Assembly (NCBI GenBank): GCA_965248055.1
Contig: CBDFIJ010000004.1
Coordinates: forward strand, 2,016,001-2,080,000
Direction: 5' to 3'
DNA: 64,000 bases
Origin: Candidatus Multivoradales bacterium
GTDB taxonomy: Bacteria > Acidobacteriota > Thermoanaerobaculia > Multivoradales > JAHEKO01
Shown here piece by piece: positions 8,230 through 17,720 of this stretch. Position 1 is the first letter of the stretch; every line of letters begins with the position of its first letter. Made by a program: the position numbers and the translations under genes. The notes beneath the pieces were generated by a model, which saw nothing but the letters and a program-made list of their open reading frames with translations, did no database searches and was not told the DNA's origin.

Positions 8230-10272
8230 TTATTGCCCCAGATATCCTAGCGATTCGAGCTCGTCGAGGGATGGCTGCTCACCCGACATCGAGCTCGTTG
8301 CTTGGCGAGGTGAGGTTTGGTACTGCTTCAACAAAGCGCTTAACTCTGTGGCTCTTTGACGATCCACAGAGCATAGGTTGACGGTTTCACCCGGATCAAC
8401 ACTCAGGTCGTAGAGCTCACAGTCGTTCTTGCCACGGCCATCGATAAACTTCCAGTGGTCCACTAAGACAGAGTCCAGAGACATATCGCGGAACCGAGTC
8501 GAGAAAAAAACAGGCGAATTATTGGATGCCGTAGAAAGCGTTCGGGCTGGAATTTCATCGGTCGAAACCCCCACGAGTTCCAGAAGTGTAGGCGCTAGTT
8601 GTCGCAAGGACACAGGATCGCTGCGTACACCGGGGGCGAGATCTCGGGAGCGCAGGATCAGCGGGACATGGACCAACTCTTCGTAGAGATTCCAACCGTG
8701 GAAGAAATCTCGGTGTTCGCCGAAGGCTTCGCCGTGATCGGCAGTCACTGCGATAATCGTGTTCTCGTCTCGACTCTGTTGTTGCAAGAAGTCTCCCAAC
8801 ATCTGATCAACATATGCCGCGTTTTCCAGGTACAAACCGCGGGTCTTGGAGATGTCCTGGTCCGAAATAGCCAAGTTCCGCGGTCTTGTTTGGGAATCAG
8901 ACACGGAAGCAGAACCCACATCCAGAGTTGAGCCCTCTAGGGAGGAAGTGCGGTCAAAGGACTGCTGATGCCGGTACGGATAGTGTGTATCCATTAAGAA
9001 GATCACAGAAAATGAGGGACCAGGGACGGATCTGCTCCACTCGGAAGCCTCAAAGAACAGATGCTCCGCTTGATCTCGGAGGGTCACCATTCTGCTGAAC
9101 CCTTGATCGAGGCCCATTGATGGTCCTAGCCAGGGGTTTGCAGAGAAGGAAGCCGTGACATAGCCATGGCTGCGGAGAACCTCTGGCAAAGTCTCTATCT
9201 CTGTAGCGAGGATGTTTCGTCCTTCGGTTTCCAAGCCGTGTTGGCGCGGGTAGCGACCGGTAAGCAATGAGGCTACTGACGGGCGGGTCCAAGGAGCCGT
9301 CACGCGAGCTTGGGAAAACAACAGCACGTCCTGGGACCAATTGTACAAATACGGCATGATCTCCGGGTCGCCAGCCACATCACTGCGCAGCCCATCGACG
9401 ATGACCACAACAATATTTGGTCGTTGCTGCTTGCTGGTAGCGACCCAGCGCGGATCGGAAACAAAGCAGTCGTATCTTGAGGTTCCTATTTGCCGGATAG
9501 CTAGGTCACCAACTGAGTTTTTCAGCAACAGTGGCATCCATTTATCAGGCTCCTCAACAGTCACAACTTTGCGTTCTTTGCTGGTTATTATCTCAATGGC
9601 TTCTTGTTCACTTGCTCTAGGGCAAGCGAACGCCATATCGATGTTAGTACCTTGGTTAACCGGGGATCGCAGCTTGACCACCGCATTCGCCGCGACTGGC
9701 AAAGCGAGGCGACTGTCGTTGCCAACCTGCACCAGCTCAATCAGATCTGCGAGGTTGGCCGGTAGACCTTGTCGCATTTTTTGGCGTTCGCGTTCGTGGG
9801 CTGTTGGTTGATACCGACACTCAATCTCAAGGGTGGAGGGAATTTCTGATTGCGGAGTCGCGAGATACAAACCTCGCTGCAAGAAACCGCCTTGACTGTA
9901 GTGATAAGAGAGCTTCCGCGGCGTAGTTCCTCGCTTCCACTTCGGAATACGCTGACCATGCACCAACACTTCCAGAGTGTCCACGTTGATCGTGGAGGGC
10001 GTCTTGAGATTGCGCCAAACGGTAAAGGCCCCTCGACCGCTAGGCAGTGCCGTCGGTGAAGGAACGAGCTCCCAGGACTCTGGTTCAATCGCGCAGCTAC
10101 CAGGGTCAGGCAAGGGGGCTGGGTGGGCGCCTGTGGTGTCAATCGACACCAAGTCTAAGTTGTCAAACCAGAAACGAAACTCGGTCCCTCGATGGCAACT
10201 TGCTGTTGCTGCGAGTACCACCAAGAACAGGAAAGTGGATGGTGGGTAGGCTAATCTATGCACAAACCGCAT
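8230..10272 (-). CDS. Sulfatase-like hydrolase/transferase, probable lipoprotein
   Basis: PNIVVVIVDGLRSD, APWTRPSVASLLTG, DTHYPY, TADHGEAF, LESLGY; hydrophobic N-terminus ending TASC; start uncertain. Confidence 0.83.
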   Translation of the reverse strand: MRFVHRLAYPPSTFLFLVVLAATASCHRGTEFRFWFDNLDLVSIDTTGAHPAPLPDPGSCAIEPESWELVPSPTALPSGRGAFTVWRNLKTPSTINVDTLEVLVHGQRIPKWKRGTTPRKLSYHYSQGGFLQRGLYLATPQSEIPSTLEIECRYQPTAHERERQKMRQGLPANLADLIELVQVGNDSRLALPVAANAVVKLRSPVNQGTNIDMAFACPRASEQEAIEIITSKERKVVTVEEPDKWMPLLLKNSVGDLAIRQIGTSRYDCFVSDPRWVATSKQQRPNIVVVIVDGLRSDVAGDPEIMPYLYNWSQDVLLFSQARVTAPWTRPSVASLLTGRYPRQHGLETEGRNILATEIETLPEVLRSHGYVTASFSANPWLGPSMGLDQGFSRMVTLRDQAEHLFFEASEWSRSVPGPSFSVIFLMDTHYPYRHQQSFDRTSSLEGSTLDVGSASVSDSQTRPRNLAISDQDISKTRGLYLENAAYVDQMLGDFLQQQSRDENTIIAVTADHGEAFGEHRDFFHGWNLYEELVHVPLILRSRDLAPGVRSDPVSLRQLAPTLLELVGVSTDEIPARTLSTASNNSPVFFSTRFRDMSLDSVLVDHWKFIDGRGKNDCELYDLSVDPGETVNLCSVDRQRATELSALLKQYQTSPRQATSSMSGEQPSLDELESLGYLGQ

Positions 10273-10288
10273 GCTACGATGCGCCGCC

Positions 10289-10912
10289 ATGAGCGCGAAG
10301 GGATACATTCTAATGGTGGCGGCTCTGTTGGTCGCTCCGATTTATCCCCAAGAAATACCAACCGCTGAAGAGGAACTGGCAACCATGCTGCGATTAACAA
10401 CCAACCACGGAGAGATCCTGATCGAATTGCTCCCCGAGCAGGCACCGGAATCGGTGGCGACGATTGCTGCTTACGCCGCCGAGGGTCAGTATGACGGCAA
10501 TATTTTTCATCGGGTGATTCCAGGGTTCATGATCCAAGGTGGGGGATTTACCGACAAGATGATGGAAGTGGCGGTCACCAAGCCGTTGATCCAGAACGAG
10601 TCCAACAACGGTTTGAGCAACACCCGGGGAACGGTAGCGTTGGCACGGCGCAATGATCCGCACAGCGCGAGCCGCCAGTTTTTCATCAACTTGGGCAACA
10701 ACGACAATCTGGACTTTCAAGCGCCGAATGGCTGGGGTTATGCGGTGTTCGGCAAAGTGGTTGAGGGAATGGGTGTCGTCGATTCGATCGCCAAGGTGCG
10801 CACAGGCCGCCACGGGGGCCACGGTGATGTTCCCAAAACACCAGTACTGATCGAAAAGGCGGAGCTGTTGACGCCTAGCTCTGGGTCAGAAGACGCGTCG
10901 CCGGACGCGTAG
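10289..10912 (+). CDS. Cyclophilin-type peptidyl-prolyl isomerase, exported
   Basis: FHRVIPGFMIQGGG, QFFIN, GYAVFGKVVEG; signal peptide. Confidence 0.93.
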   Translation: MSAKGYILMVAALLVAPIYPQEIPTAEEELATMLRLTTNHGEILIELLPEQAPESVATIAAYAAEGQYDGNIFHRVIPGFMIQGGGFTDKMMEVAVTKPLIQNESNNGLSNTRGTVALARRNDPHSASRQFFINLGNNDNLDFQAPNGWGYAVFGKVVEGMGVVDSIAKVRTGRHGGHGDVPKTPVLIEKAELLTPSSGSEDASPDA

Positions 10913-10916
10913 CAGC

Positions 10917-11465
10917 CTATTTCTTGGTTTTCGACCGAACGAACTCTAGAACAGCCCACAATTCGCCGAGTCGTTCTTGACCGGCGGGTAGCGTCATGTT
11001 GCGCCAGATATCGCGAACCCCAGCCAACAGCTGGTGAAAATCGACTTCGTCACCTTCAGCAATGATTTTGCGCAAGGCGACGAAGAGGTCTGCCACGGTC
11101 CACAAAGAAGGTTGTTTTCCCCGCAAGTGAACCCATACTGGTCGCAAGGCTTGCAGCCGAGCCCTGGACAGGTCTTGGTCGCGATATACGGTGCGCAAGG
11201 TGCCGACCTCAGGCAGGGTGTCAAAGCGATCCTCATCGACCTCAACCGTAGGCAAGAGTTGCCAATGCTGGGGCAGTAGTTCTTCTTTGCGGATCTGCAT
11301 TCCCAGGATGTCAAACCGTGCTATCGGTAGTTGATCGAAGAGGTGGGCGATCCCAGGAAGATCGTCTCCTTGGATGAAAGCCGCGATCTCACTCTCGGTT
11401 GGCAGTGCGCGAGGTGGAGGGGCTGTCGGTTCAGTTGTGGCTTCTAAAGCTGGATCTGGGCTCAT
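10917..11465 (-). CDS. Hypothetical protein
   Basis: 182-aa ORF exactly filling the gap between the cyclophilin and the gap promoter; natural composition. Confidence 0.65.
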   Translation of the reverse strand: MSPDPALEATTEPTAPPPRALPTESEIAAFIQGDDLPGIAHLFDQLPIARFDILGMQIRKEELLPQHWQLLPTVEVDEDRFDTLPEVGTLRTVYRDQDLSRARLQALRPVWVHLRGKQPSLWTVADLFVALRKIIAEGDEVDFHQLLAGVRDIWRNMTLPAGQERLGELWAVLEFVRSKTKK

Positions 11466-11527
11466 GGTGCACGATTCTTAACACAGCGGACGCTGACAGG
11501 CCAACTCGACCTCCTTGAAACCACTGA

Positions 11528-11556
11528 TTGCAACCGGCGTCCGCTGTGCCTACACT
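11528..11556 (+). promoter_or_regulatory. Sigma70-type promoter of the gap operon (probably leaderless)
   Basis: TTGCAA(11528-33)-17 bp-TACACT(11551-56)-7 nt-GTG(11564). Confidence 0.7.
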
Positions 11557-11563
11557 TCAACCT

Positions 11564-12577
11564 GTGACGACCTCGATTGCCATCAACGGAACCGGCCGCA
11601 TCGGTCGAGTCTTGTTGCGTACCGCAGCACAGCGCCAAGACTTGAGAGTGGTTGGCTTGAATGACTTGGTCTCTGCTCAGCAGACGGCACACTTGCTGCG
11701 CCACGACTCCACCCTAGGTCCGTTTCCAGTCGACCTCGAAACGGACGATTCGAGCTTGCGCATGGCTGGTCACTTGATTTCCTACAGCCAGCAGGCCAAT
11801 CCCGAAGACATTCCCTGGGGAACCTCGGGGCCAGGCCGAGCGGTTCCAGACTTGGTAGTCGAAGCCACTGGCCAGTTCACCTCTCGTGCGGACGCCGCGC
11901 GCCATCTACACGGCGGAGCGCGACGGGTGATCGTCTCAGCCAACGCGGGCGACGCCGACGCTTTGGTCTGTTTCGGGATCAATCATCAAGAACTACGAGT
12001 CTCGGACGAGGTGGTGTCCGCGGGTTCTTGCACCACCAATTGTGTGGCCGCGGTGCTGGCGCCGTTGGCGGTGGCGGTCGGAATTGAGAAAGTGATGTTG
12101 ATGACCGTGCACTGCTACAACTCGAACCAAAGCTTGGTCGATAGTGCACAGCGCGATTTGCGGCGCTCAAGAGCGGCGGGCTTGAACTTGATCCCCACAA
12201 CAACCGGAGCCACTTGGGCGCTGGAAATGGCGATGCCAGAATTGGCTGGCAGAGTCAGCGGCTATGCGGTTCGGGTGCCGTCTTCACAGGTGTCTTTGGT
12301 GGATCTGGTGGTGCAAACCAAGAAGACAATGACCACAGACGAGGTGGTGGAAACTTTGCACCAAGCCGCCGACAGCGACTTGAAGGGAATCTTGGGAGTC
12401 AGCGCGGAGCCGCTGGTGTCCACGGACTTTGTCGGCGATTCTCGATCGGCAATTGTAGACCTCGAGTTTGTTGGTGCCGAAGATCGCCACGTGCGGATCA
12501 TGGCCTGGTACGACAACGAGAGTGGCTACGCACATCGTTTAGCGGACTTGGCGGTATTTATGGGGAACCAGTCGTGA
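11564..12577 (+). CDS. gap: Type I glyceraldehyde-3-phosphate dehydrogenase family
   Basis: ING.GRIGR, SCTTNC, IPTTTGA, AWYDNE; first gene of gap-pgk-tpi. Confidence 0.9.
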   Translation: MTTSIAINGTGRIGRVLLRTAAQRQDLRVVGLNDLVSAQQTAHLLRHDSTLGPFPVDLETDDSSLRMAGHLISYSQQANPEDIPWGTSGPGRAVPDLVVEATGQFTSRADAARHLHGGARRVIVSANAGDADALVCFGINHQELRVSDEVVSAGSCTTNCVAAVLAPLAVAVGIEKVMLMTVHCYNSNQSLVDSAQRDLRRSRAAGLNLIPTTTGATWALEMAMPELAGRVSGYAVRVPSSQVSLVDLVVQTKKTMTTDEVVETLHQAADSDLKGILGVSAEPLVSTDFVGDSRSAIVDLEFVGAEDRHVRIMAWYDNESGYAHRLADLAVFMGNQS

Positions 12578-13776
12578 ACGACTTGCTTCATCTAGACGAT
12601 CTACCTGCCGACCTCACCGGTCGGGCGGTTTTTGTCCGGGTAGATTTCAATGTTCCGTTGGCAGAGGGTGAGGTTTTGGACTCTTCTCGGATCGAAGCGG
12701 CGATCCCGACCCTGCAGCAACTGGTGAGCCGAGGGGCGGTGGTGCTTTGCGCATCGCACTGTGGTCGCCCCAAAGGAATGGTCAACCCACAATGGAGCTT
12801 GCGGCCGGTGGTTCCGGTGCTCGCCAGCCTTCTAGAACGACCGGTGGCATGGGTCTCTGAATGCGTTGGCGAACCGGTTACCAGGGCCGTTGCTGATGCT
12901 CAGCCGGGCGACCTCTTGTTGTTGGAAAATCTTCGTTTCCACGCCGGCGAGTCGACAAGCGACAACCAGTTTGCTGAAGCCTTGGCGGCCAACGCAGACG
13001 TCTTTGTCGGGGAAGCGTTTGGCACTGCTCACCGCGACCATGCTTCGGTAACCGGGGTTGCCAAGCGGGTCGCCGACAAAGCGGCCGGATATTTGATGCA
13101 CTCTGAAGTCACAGCTTTGACTTCGGTGTTGACCGCACCGCGAAAGCCTTTGGTCTTAATCATGGGTGGCGCCAAGATGTCAGGCAAGATTGAAACCCTG
13201 AAAAATCTATTGCCGCTCGCCGATCGAGTTCTGTTGGGCGGAGGAATTGCCAATACCTTCATCGCCGCCCAGGGTCACTCTTTGGGAAACTCCCTGGTGG
13301 AATCCGAACGCATCGAGACGGCTCACCAGATTCTTGAGCAAGCTGCGAGCCGGGGCGTTGAAATCGTTCTACCCAGCGACTTTGTGGTGACCACCGATCT
13401 TGGCAATGCCAGTGGCGTGCGCGAGCGAGAAATCGACGCGATAGCTGAGGATGAAGCTGCCGTGGATATCGGCAGCGACTCTTTGGTGCGCTATCGACAA
13501 GCCTTGGAAGGCGCCGGTACGGTTCTATGGAATGGTCCACTGGGAGTCTTTGAAAAGCCTCCTTTTGATCGAGGCACGATGGAGATTGCCAAGGCGATGC
13601 AAGGCTCCACAGCGCAGCGCATTGTTGGCGGCGGCGAAACCGTTTCAGCGGTCAAGAAGGCCGGTGTCGCTGCTGATCTAGATCATGTATCCACGGGCGG
13701 AGGAGCGATGTTGGAGCTATTGGCGGGAAAAGCGTTACCTGGAGTTGAGATCCTGCGAAAACCGGAGGGGAACTAA
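12574..13776 (+). CDS. pgk: Phosphoglycerate kinase
   Basis: RVDFNVP, LLENLRF, FGTAHR, HVSTGGGA; GTGA overlap with gap stop. Confidence 0.96.
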   Translation: MNDLLHLDDLPADLTGRAVFVRVDFNVPLAEGEVLDSSRIEAAIPTLQQLVSRGAVVLCASHCGRPKGMVNPQWSLRPVVPVLASLLERPVAWVSECVGEPVTRAVADAQPGDLLLLENLRFHAGESTSDNQFAEALAANADVFVGEAFGTAHRDHASVTGVAKRVADKAAGYLMHSEVTALTSVLTAPRKPLVLIMGGAKMSGKIETLKNLLPLADRVLLGGGIANTFIAAQGHSLGNSLVESERIETAHQILEQAASRGVEIVLPSDFVVTTDLGNASGVREREIDAIAEDEAAVDIGSDSLVRYRQALEGAGTVLWNGPLGVFEKPPFDRGTMEIAKAMQGSTAQRIVGGGETVSAVKKAGVAADLDHVSTGGGAMLELLAGKALPGVEILRKPEGN

Positions 13777-14517
13777 ATGAGGCGTCGACCCTTAGTGGGC
13801 GGAAACTGGAAGATGCACAAGACCTCACGAGAGGCCGAGAAGTTTTGCCGGGCTCTGGGCTCTACACCCGAACCCAGGACCGAGGTCGTCCTCTTCCCCA
13901 GCCATCCCTTGCTTTCCGGTTGTGCCGCCGCTTTGGGAGAAACCTGGCCGCAACTGGGTGGCCAAGATGTCCACGCGCAAGAGCAAGGAGCGTTCACCGG
14001 AGACGTCTCAGCTGCACAACTCGAAGACACCGGTTGTACCTGGGTACTTTGCGGCCACAGCGAGCGCCGCCGAGACCATGGGGAGACCGACGCCATCGTT
14101 GCCGAAAAAGTTGCAGCCGCTGCTAAGACCCGTTTGATCCCACTGATCTGCTTTGGCGAGTCCTTGCAAGAACGAGAGACCCACCAAACCGAAGAGGTCT
14201 TGAGTCGCCAAATCGAGGCCGCCTTCAGCTCTCGCCCTCGCCGTTTTGCTGTGGCCTATGAGCCGGTTTGGGCAATAGGGACAGGCAAAACAGCGACTCA
14301 AAGCCAAGCCCAAGCTGCCCATCATCACGTGCGCAACTTGATCGCCGACCTCTACGATCAGCCGACCGCGGCAAGCCACCGAATCCTCTACGGAGGGTCT
14401 GCAACACCGGAAACAGCCCCCGGTTTGATTGGATGTGAGGATATCGATGGGTTCTTGGTGGGCGGCGCAAGTCTTGACCCAGCTAGCTTTCTCGCTATCA
14501 TTGCCTGCTGCGGTTAG
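13777..14517 (+). CDS. tpiA: Triosephosphate isomerase
   Basis: GNWKM, GHSERR, AYEPVWAIGTG, LVGGASL. Confidence 0.97.
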   Translation: MRRRPLVGGNWKMHKTSREAEKFCRALGSTPEPRTEVVLFPSHPLLSGCAAALGETWPQLGGQDVHAQEQGAFTGDVSAAQLEDTGCTWVLCGHSERRRDHGETDAIVAEKVAAAAKTRLIPLICFGESLQERETHQTEEVLSRQIEAAFSSRPRRFAVAYEPVWAIGTGKTATQSQAQAAHHHVRNLIADLYDQPTAASHRILYGGSATPETAPGLIGCEDIDGFLVGGASLDPASFLAIIACCG

Positions 14518-14535
14518 ATTCGCGGAGGTGTAATT

Positions 14536-14952
14536 GTGATTTATCTTGTTGTAACAGTCCACATAATCGTGGCAATTTTTCTCATCTTGGTCGTACTGCT
14601 TCAACGCGGAGCCGGAGCGGATCTCTCAGTCTTTGGTGGCGGGGGTACGCAGGCGGCTTTCGGCGCTCGTAGCGCTGCGACCTTGCTGCACAAGCTCACG
14701 GTTTGGTCTTTTGTTGCCTTTATTGTGACTACGATCTCCTACAACTTCTTGGCCAGCCATCGCGACCGTGATTCGGTGTTGTCTGAAGCCGCGGGCGTTG
14801 CCGCGGTTGAGGCGGTAGAAACTACTCCGGTGGTCGACCCACTGGCGGTCGACGCGGCAGTAGAACAGTCAGTGCAAGAAGCGGTGGAAGACGCGACGGC
14901 CAGCGACGCAGCTAGCGAGCAAGTCGACGCTGGAGAAGCGTCGCCCGAGTAG
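14536..14952 (+). CDS. secG: Preprotein translocase subunit SecG
   Basis: LILVVLLQ.G.G....FGGG; canonical tpiA-secG-tRNA-Leu synteny. Confidence 0.92.
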   Translation: MIYLVVTVHIIVAIFLILVVLLQRGAGADLSVFGGGGTQAAFGARSAATLLHKLTVWSFVAFIVTTISYNFLASHRDRDSVLSEAAGVAAVEAVETTPVVDPLAVDAAVEQSVQEAVEDATASDAASEQVDAGEASPE

Positions 14953-14982
14953 CGTCTGAGTTCGGGGTCGGTTGGATCAAGA

Positions 14983-15070
14983 GCCGAAGTGGCGAAACTG
15001 GTAGACGCGCACGGTTGAGGGCCGTGTGGGCTAAACCCCCGTGCCGGTTCGAGTCCGGCCTTCGGCACCA
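14983..15070 (+). tRNA. tRNA-Leu (GAG)
   Basis: GCCGAAG/CTTCGGC acceptor stem, CACGG-TTGAGGG-CCGTG anticodon arm, long variable arm, GGTTCGAGTCC, 3' ACCA. Confidence 0.97.
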
Positions 15071-15128
15071 TTCCGACTGACAATCCCCTCAAGTCCTCGA
15101 CCCACTGCTGGTCCGTAGAGCTTAGAGT

Positions 15129-16202
15129 ATGTCTGCAGGAGAACCCCAATACCTGCCTTTTAGCGAGCAATCTTTGATGCTGGGCATCGAGACTTCTTGT
15201 GACGATACCGCGGTCTCGATCGTTGACGGCCAAGGTGCGGTTCGATCTTCGGTCGTTTCGAGCCAACTTCAAGCCCACCAGCCCTATGGGGGTGTGGTCC
15301 CGGAGATAGCATCTCGCGAGCACCTGAAAAATTGGCCACCGGTGATCGAAGCAGCCTTCTCCGAAGCCGAGATCGAATGGAAAGACCTCGGCGGCGTGGC
15401 TGTGACTTCGGGTCCGGGCTTGGTGGGGTCTCTACTGGTTGGTATGTCGATCGCTCGGGCGATCGCCACGGGGCGCGGGATTCCCTTTTTTGCTGTACAT
15501 CATCTGCAAGGGCATCTGTTTTCGCCCTTCCTCGATCCCGACGGTCACCCGGCGGTGACTCCGCCGAATCAGTTCATCGGCTTGGTGGTTTCTGGAGGAC
15601 ACACCGCCCTCTATCGAGTTGAGGCAGGCCGAATCGAAACCCTAGGCACGACCCGCGACGATGCCATGGGTGAGGCCTTCGACAAGGTCGGCAAGCGTTT
15701 GGGGTTTGACTATCCGCAAGGACCAAGAGTGGACCAAGTGGCAGAAGACGGCGACCCAGATCGCTTCGCGTTCACTCTGCCCAAGTGTGGAGAGACTCTC
15801 GATTTCTCCTACTCGGGACTCAAGACCCAGGCTGTGAATCACTGGAGTGACCTCGAGCGCAATCTAGGCGAGCAAGAGGGGATTGACGGAAAGGTGGTCG
15901 CTGACTTGTTGGCGGGTTTTCGCCAAGCTGCGGTGTCGCAGATTTTGGACCGCTTGGATCGATTGCAGCACACCCAAGAAATCCGCCACTTGGCCGTTTC
16001 GGGAGGGGCTGCTGCCAATCGACTGCTGCGCCGTCAACTGGTGGACTGGGCTCAGGTCGAAGGGATTGAACTGTCTTTGGTTCCGTTGCGGTTCTCTGGG
16101 GACAACGCTGCAATGATTGCCCACGCCGCGCTTCGGCGGGCGTATCGAGGGGATCATGATGACCCGTTTAGTGCCGAAGCTTCCAGTCGGGTAACGCTGT
16201 AG
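15129..16202 (+). CDS. tsaD: tRNA N6-threonylcarbamoyltransferase TsaD
   Basis: LGIETSCDDT, GGVVPEIASREH, HHLQGH, SGGHT, GEAFDK, DNAAMIA. Confidence 0.96.
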   Translation: MSAGEPQYLPFSEQSLMLGIETSCDDTAVSIVDGQGAVRSSVVSSQLQAHQPYGGVVPEIASREHLKNWPPVIEAAFSEAEIEWKDLGGVAVTSGPGLVGSLLVGMSIARAIATGRGIPFFAVHHLQGHLFSPFLDPDGHPAVTPPNQFIGLVVSGGHTALYRVEAGRIETLGTTRDDAMGEAFDKVGKRLGFDYPQGPRVDQVAEDGDPDRFAFTLPKCGETLDFSYSGLKTQAVNHWSDLERNLGEQEGIDGKVVADLLAGFRQAAVSQILDRLDRLQHTQEIRHLAVSGGAAANRLLRRQLVDWAQVEGIELSLVPLRFSGDNAAMIAHAALRRAYRGDHDDPFSAEASSRVTL

Positions 16203-16310
16203 TTCGGGGCTCTGTTGCCGCAGATCACCGCAACTTCGTCAACCGACATCACGAGTAAGTCGTGGCCAATTGGTGGCTGAGTCATCCATCTTGATCGCGA
16301 TGCACTCCGA

Positions 16311-17720
16311 ATGAAACCGACCCGTTGGCTCTATCGACCACAGTTCTGGGCGGCCGTGATCTTGGCGTCCTGGGTCGCGGTCGTTATTCCGACTTCAGAT
16401 CCCAGCTTTGTTCTCGGTGGCATTCAGGTCAACGAACCCGACCACCAAGATTGGGTTGAACGTCTGCGCATGAGCGGGATGAATACCGTCGAGGTAACGG
16501 TCTACGCTAAACAGGGTGACTGGAACAGCGCCAACCTGTGGTGGCAGGACGAGCAACCATGGGTGATCCACGAGATCGCCACTGCCCGAGCAGCCGGTCT
16601 TCAAGTGGTGTTGATTTTGAGAGTGGCGCTGGACCACGCGTTTGAAGCCAATCGCCACTACTGGCACGGTCAGATTTGGCCGCTTGAGGATCATCAACTG
16701 GACCAGTGGTTCGATCGCTACCAGACCTTTGTTGAAAAATGGGCCAAGCTGGCCGAGCAGCACGGGGTAGGCATTCTGGTGGTTGGTAGTGAGTTGAACT
16801 CGTTGGCGTCGACCACGGTTGTCGAACGACTTCCTGACCTCCAGGCGTATTGGCTGGATGCCGAGGCGGTGGCGAAGGAACAACAGAGTCTGGAGCGACA
16901 CCGGGAGTCGATTTCGCTGGAGCAATTGGCCACTACTGATGGAACCTCCACTTCCGACCTCGACGAGTTACTTAGCACCAACAGATTGGCACAGCGGCGA
17001 TGGTCAGAAGTCTCAACTTTCCAAGACTCCAGTGATCCGGTGGCGCAGCTAAATCGCCGACGTCAGCTTCTGGATCAGAGGTGGAGAACCGTCATCGGTA
17101 CGGCGCGCTCCCACTTTTCGGGAAAACTGACTTACGCCGCCAACTTTGACCAATTCCAGCAGGTGGGGTTTTGGGATGCCTTGGATTGGATGGGCATCAA
17201 CGCTTATTTTCCCTTGCGCTCGACCTGGTCCACTCGTGGCATCGACTCCTCGGCGCTGCCGGAACTGGAGCAGAGCTGGGAGAAGGTCTTTGGAGAGATC
17301 GAAAACACGCAGCGAGCTGCAAGTGTCTGGCGTCAGCCGGTGCTATTCACGGAACTGGGCTACACCATGAGGCGGGGCTCCACATTTCGACCTTGGACCC
17401 AAGATGGTTTCGACGTCGTCGCTTCTGAGACTGGCGAGCGATTAGTGGTTTGGGACCAACAGCCGATCGACCTCGGCGAACGGGCGCTGGCAGTACGTGC
17501 GTTGCGCAACATTCATCAGCGAATCGGAACTCCGCTACAGGGGATCTTGTACTGGAAGCTGTCAACCCGCAGACCCCATCGAGAGATCGAACCCTTCGTG
17601 CTCTTGATCGACCCGCGATCTGAAGATCCTCTGTTGCGAGAGTTGACCCTGTTCAATCGAAAGACCGGCTGGAGGAGGATCGTGAATCGGTTGCGGCAAG
17701 CCCCGCGCGCTTCAAACTAG
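16311..17720 (+). CDS. Glycoside hydrolase family 113-like TIM-barrel protein, membrane anchored
   Basis: VGSEL, TYAANFD, FWDALD.MGINAYFPL, FTELGY motifs. Confidence 0.7.
   Translation: MKPTRWLYRPQFWAAVILASWVAVVIPTSDPSFVLGGIQVNEPDHQDWVERLRMSGMNTVEVTVYAKQGDWNSANLWWQDEQPWVIHEIATARAAGLQVVLILRVALDHAFEANRHYWHGQIWPLEDHQLDQWFDRYQTFVEKWAKLAEQHGVGILVVGSELNSLASTTVVERLPDLQAYWLDAEAVAKEQQSLERHRESISLEQLATTDGTSTSDLDELLSTNRLAQRRWSEVSTFQDSSDPVAQLNRRRQLLDQRWRTVIGTARSHFSGKLTYAANFDQFQQVGFWDALDWMGINAYFPLRSTWSTRGIDSSALPELEQSWEKVFGEIENTQRAASVWRQPVLFTELGYTMRRGSTFRPWTQDGFDVVASETGERLVVWDQQPIDLGERALAVRALRNIHQRIGTPLQGILYWKLSTRRPHREIEPFVLLIDPRSEDPLLRELTLFNRKTGWRRIVNRLRQAPRASN

Noticed and set aside
12214-12573. N-terminal extension of Pgk in the ORF track
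   Set aside because: Overlaps gap; the GTGA-coupled start at 12574 fits the normal length
14983-15128. tRNA-Leu as an island attachment site
   Set aside because: Followed directly by tsaD; no integrase or duplicated tRNA 3' end seen
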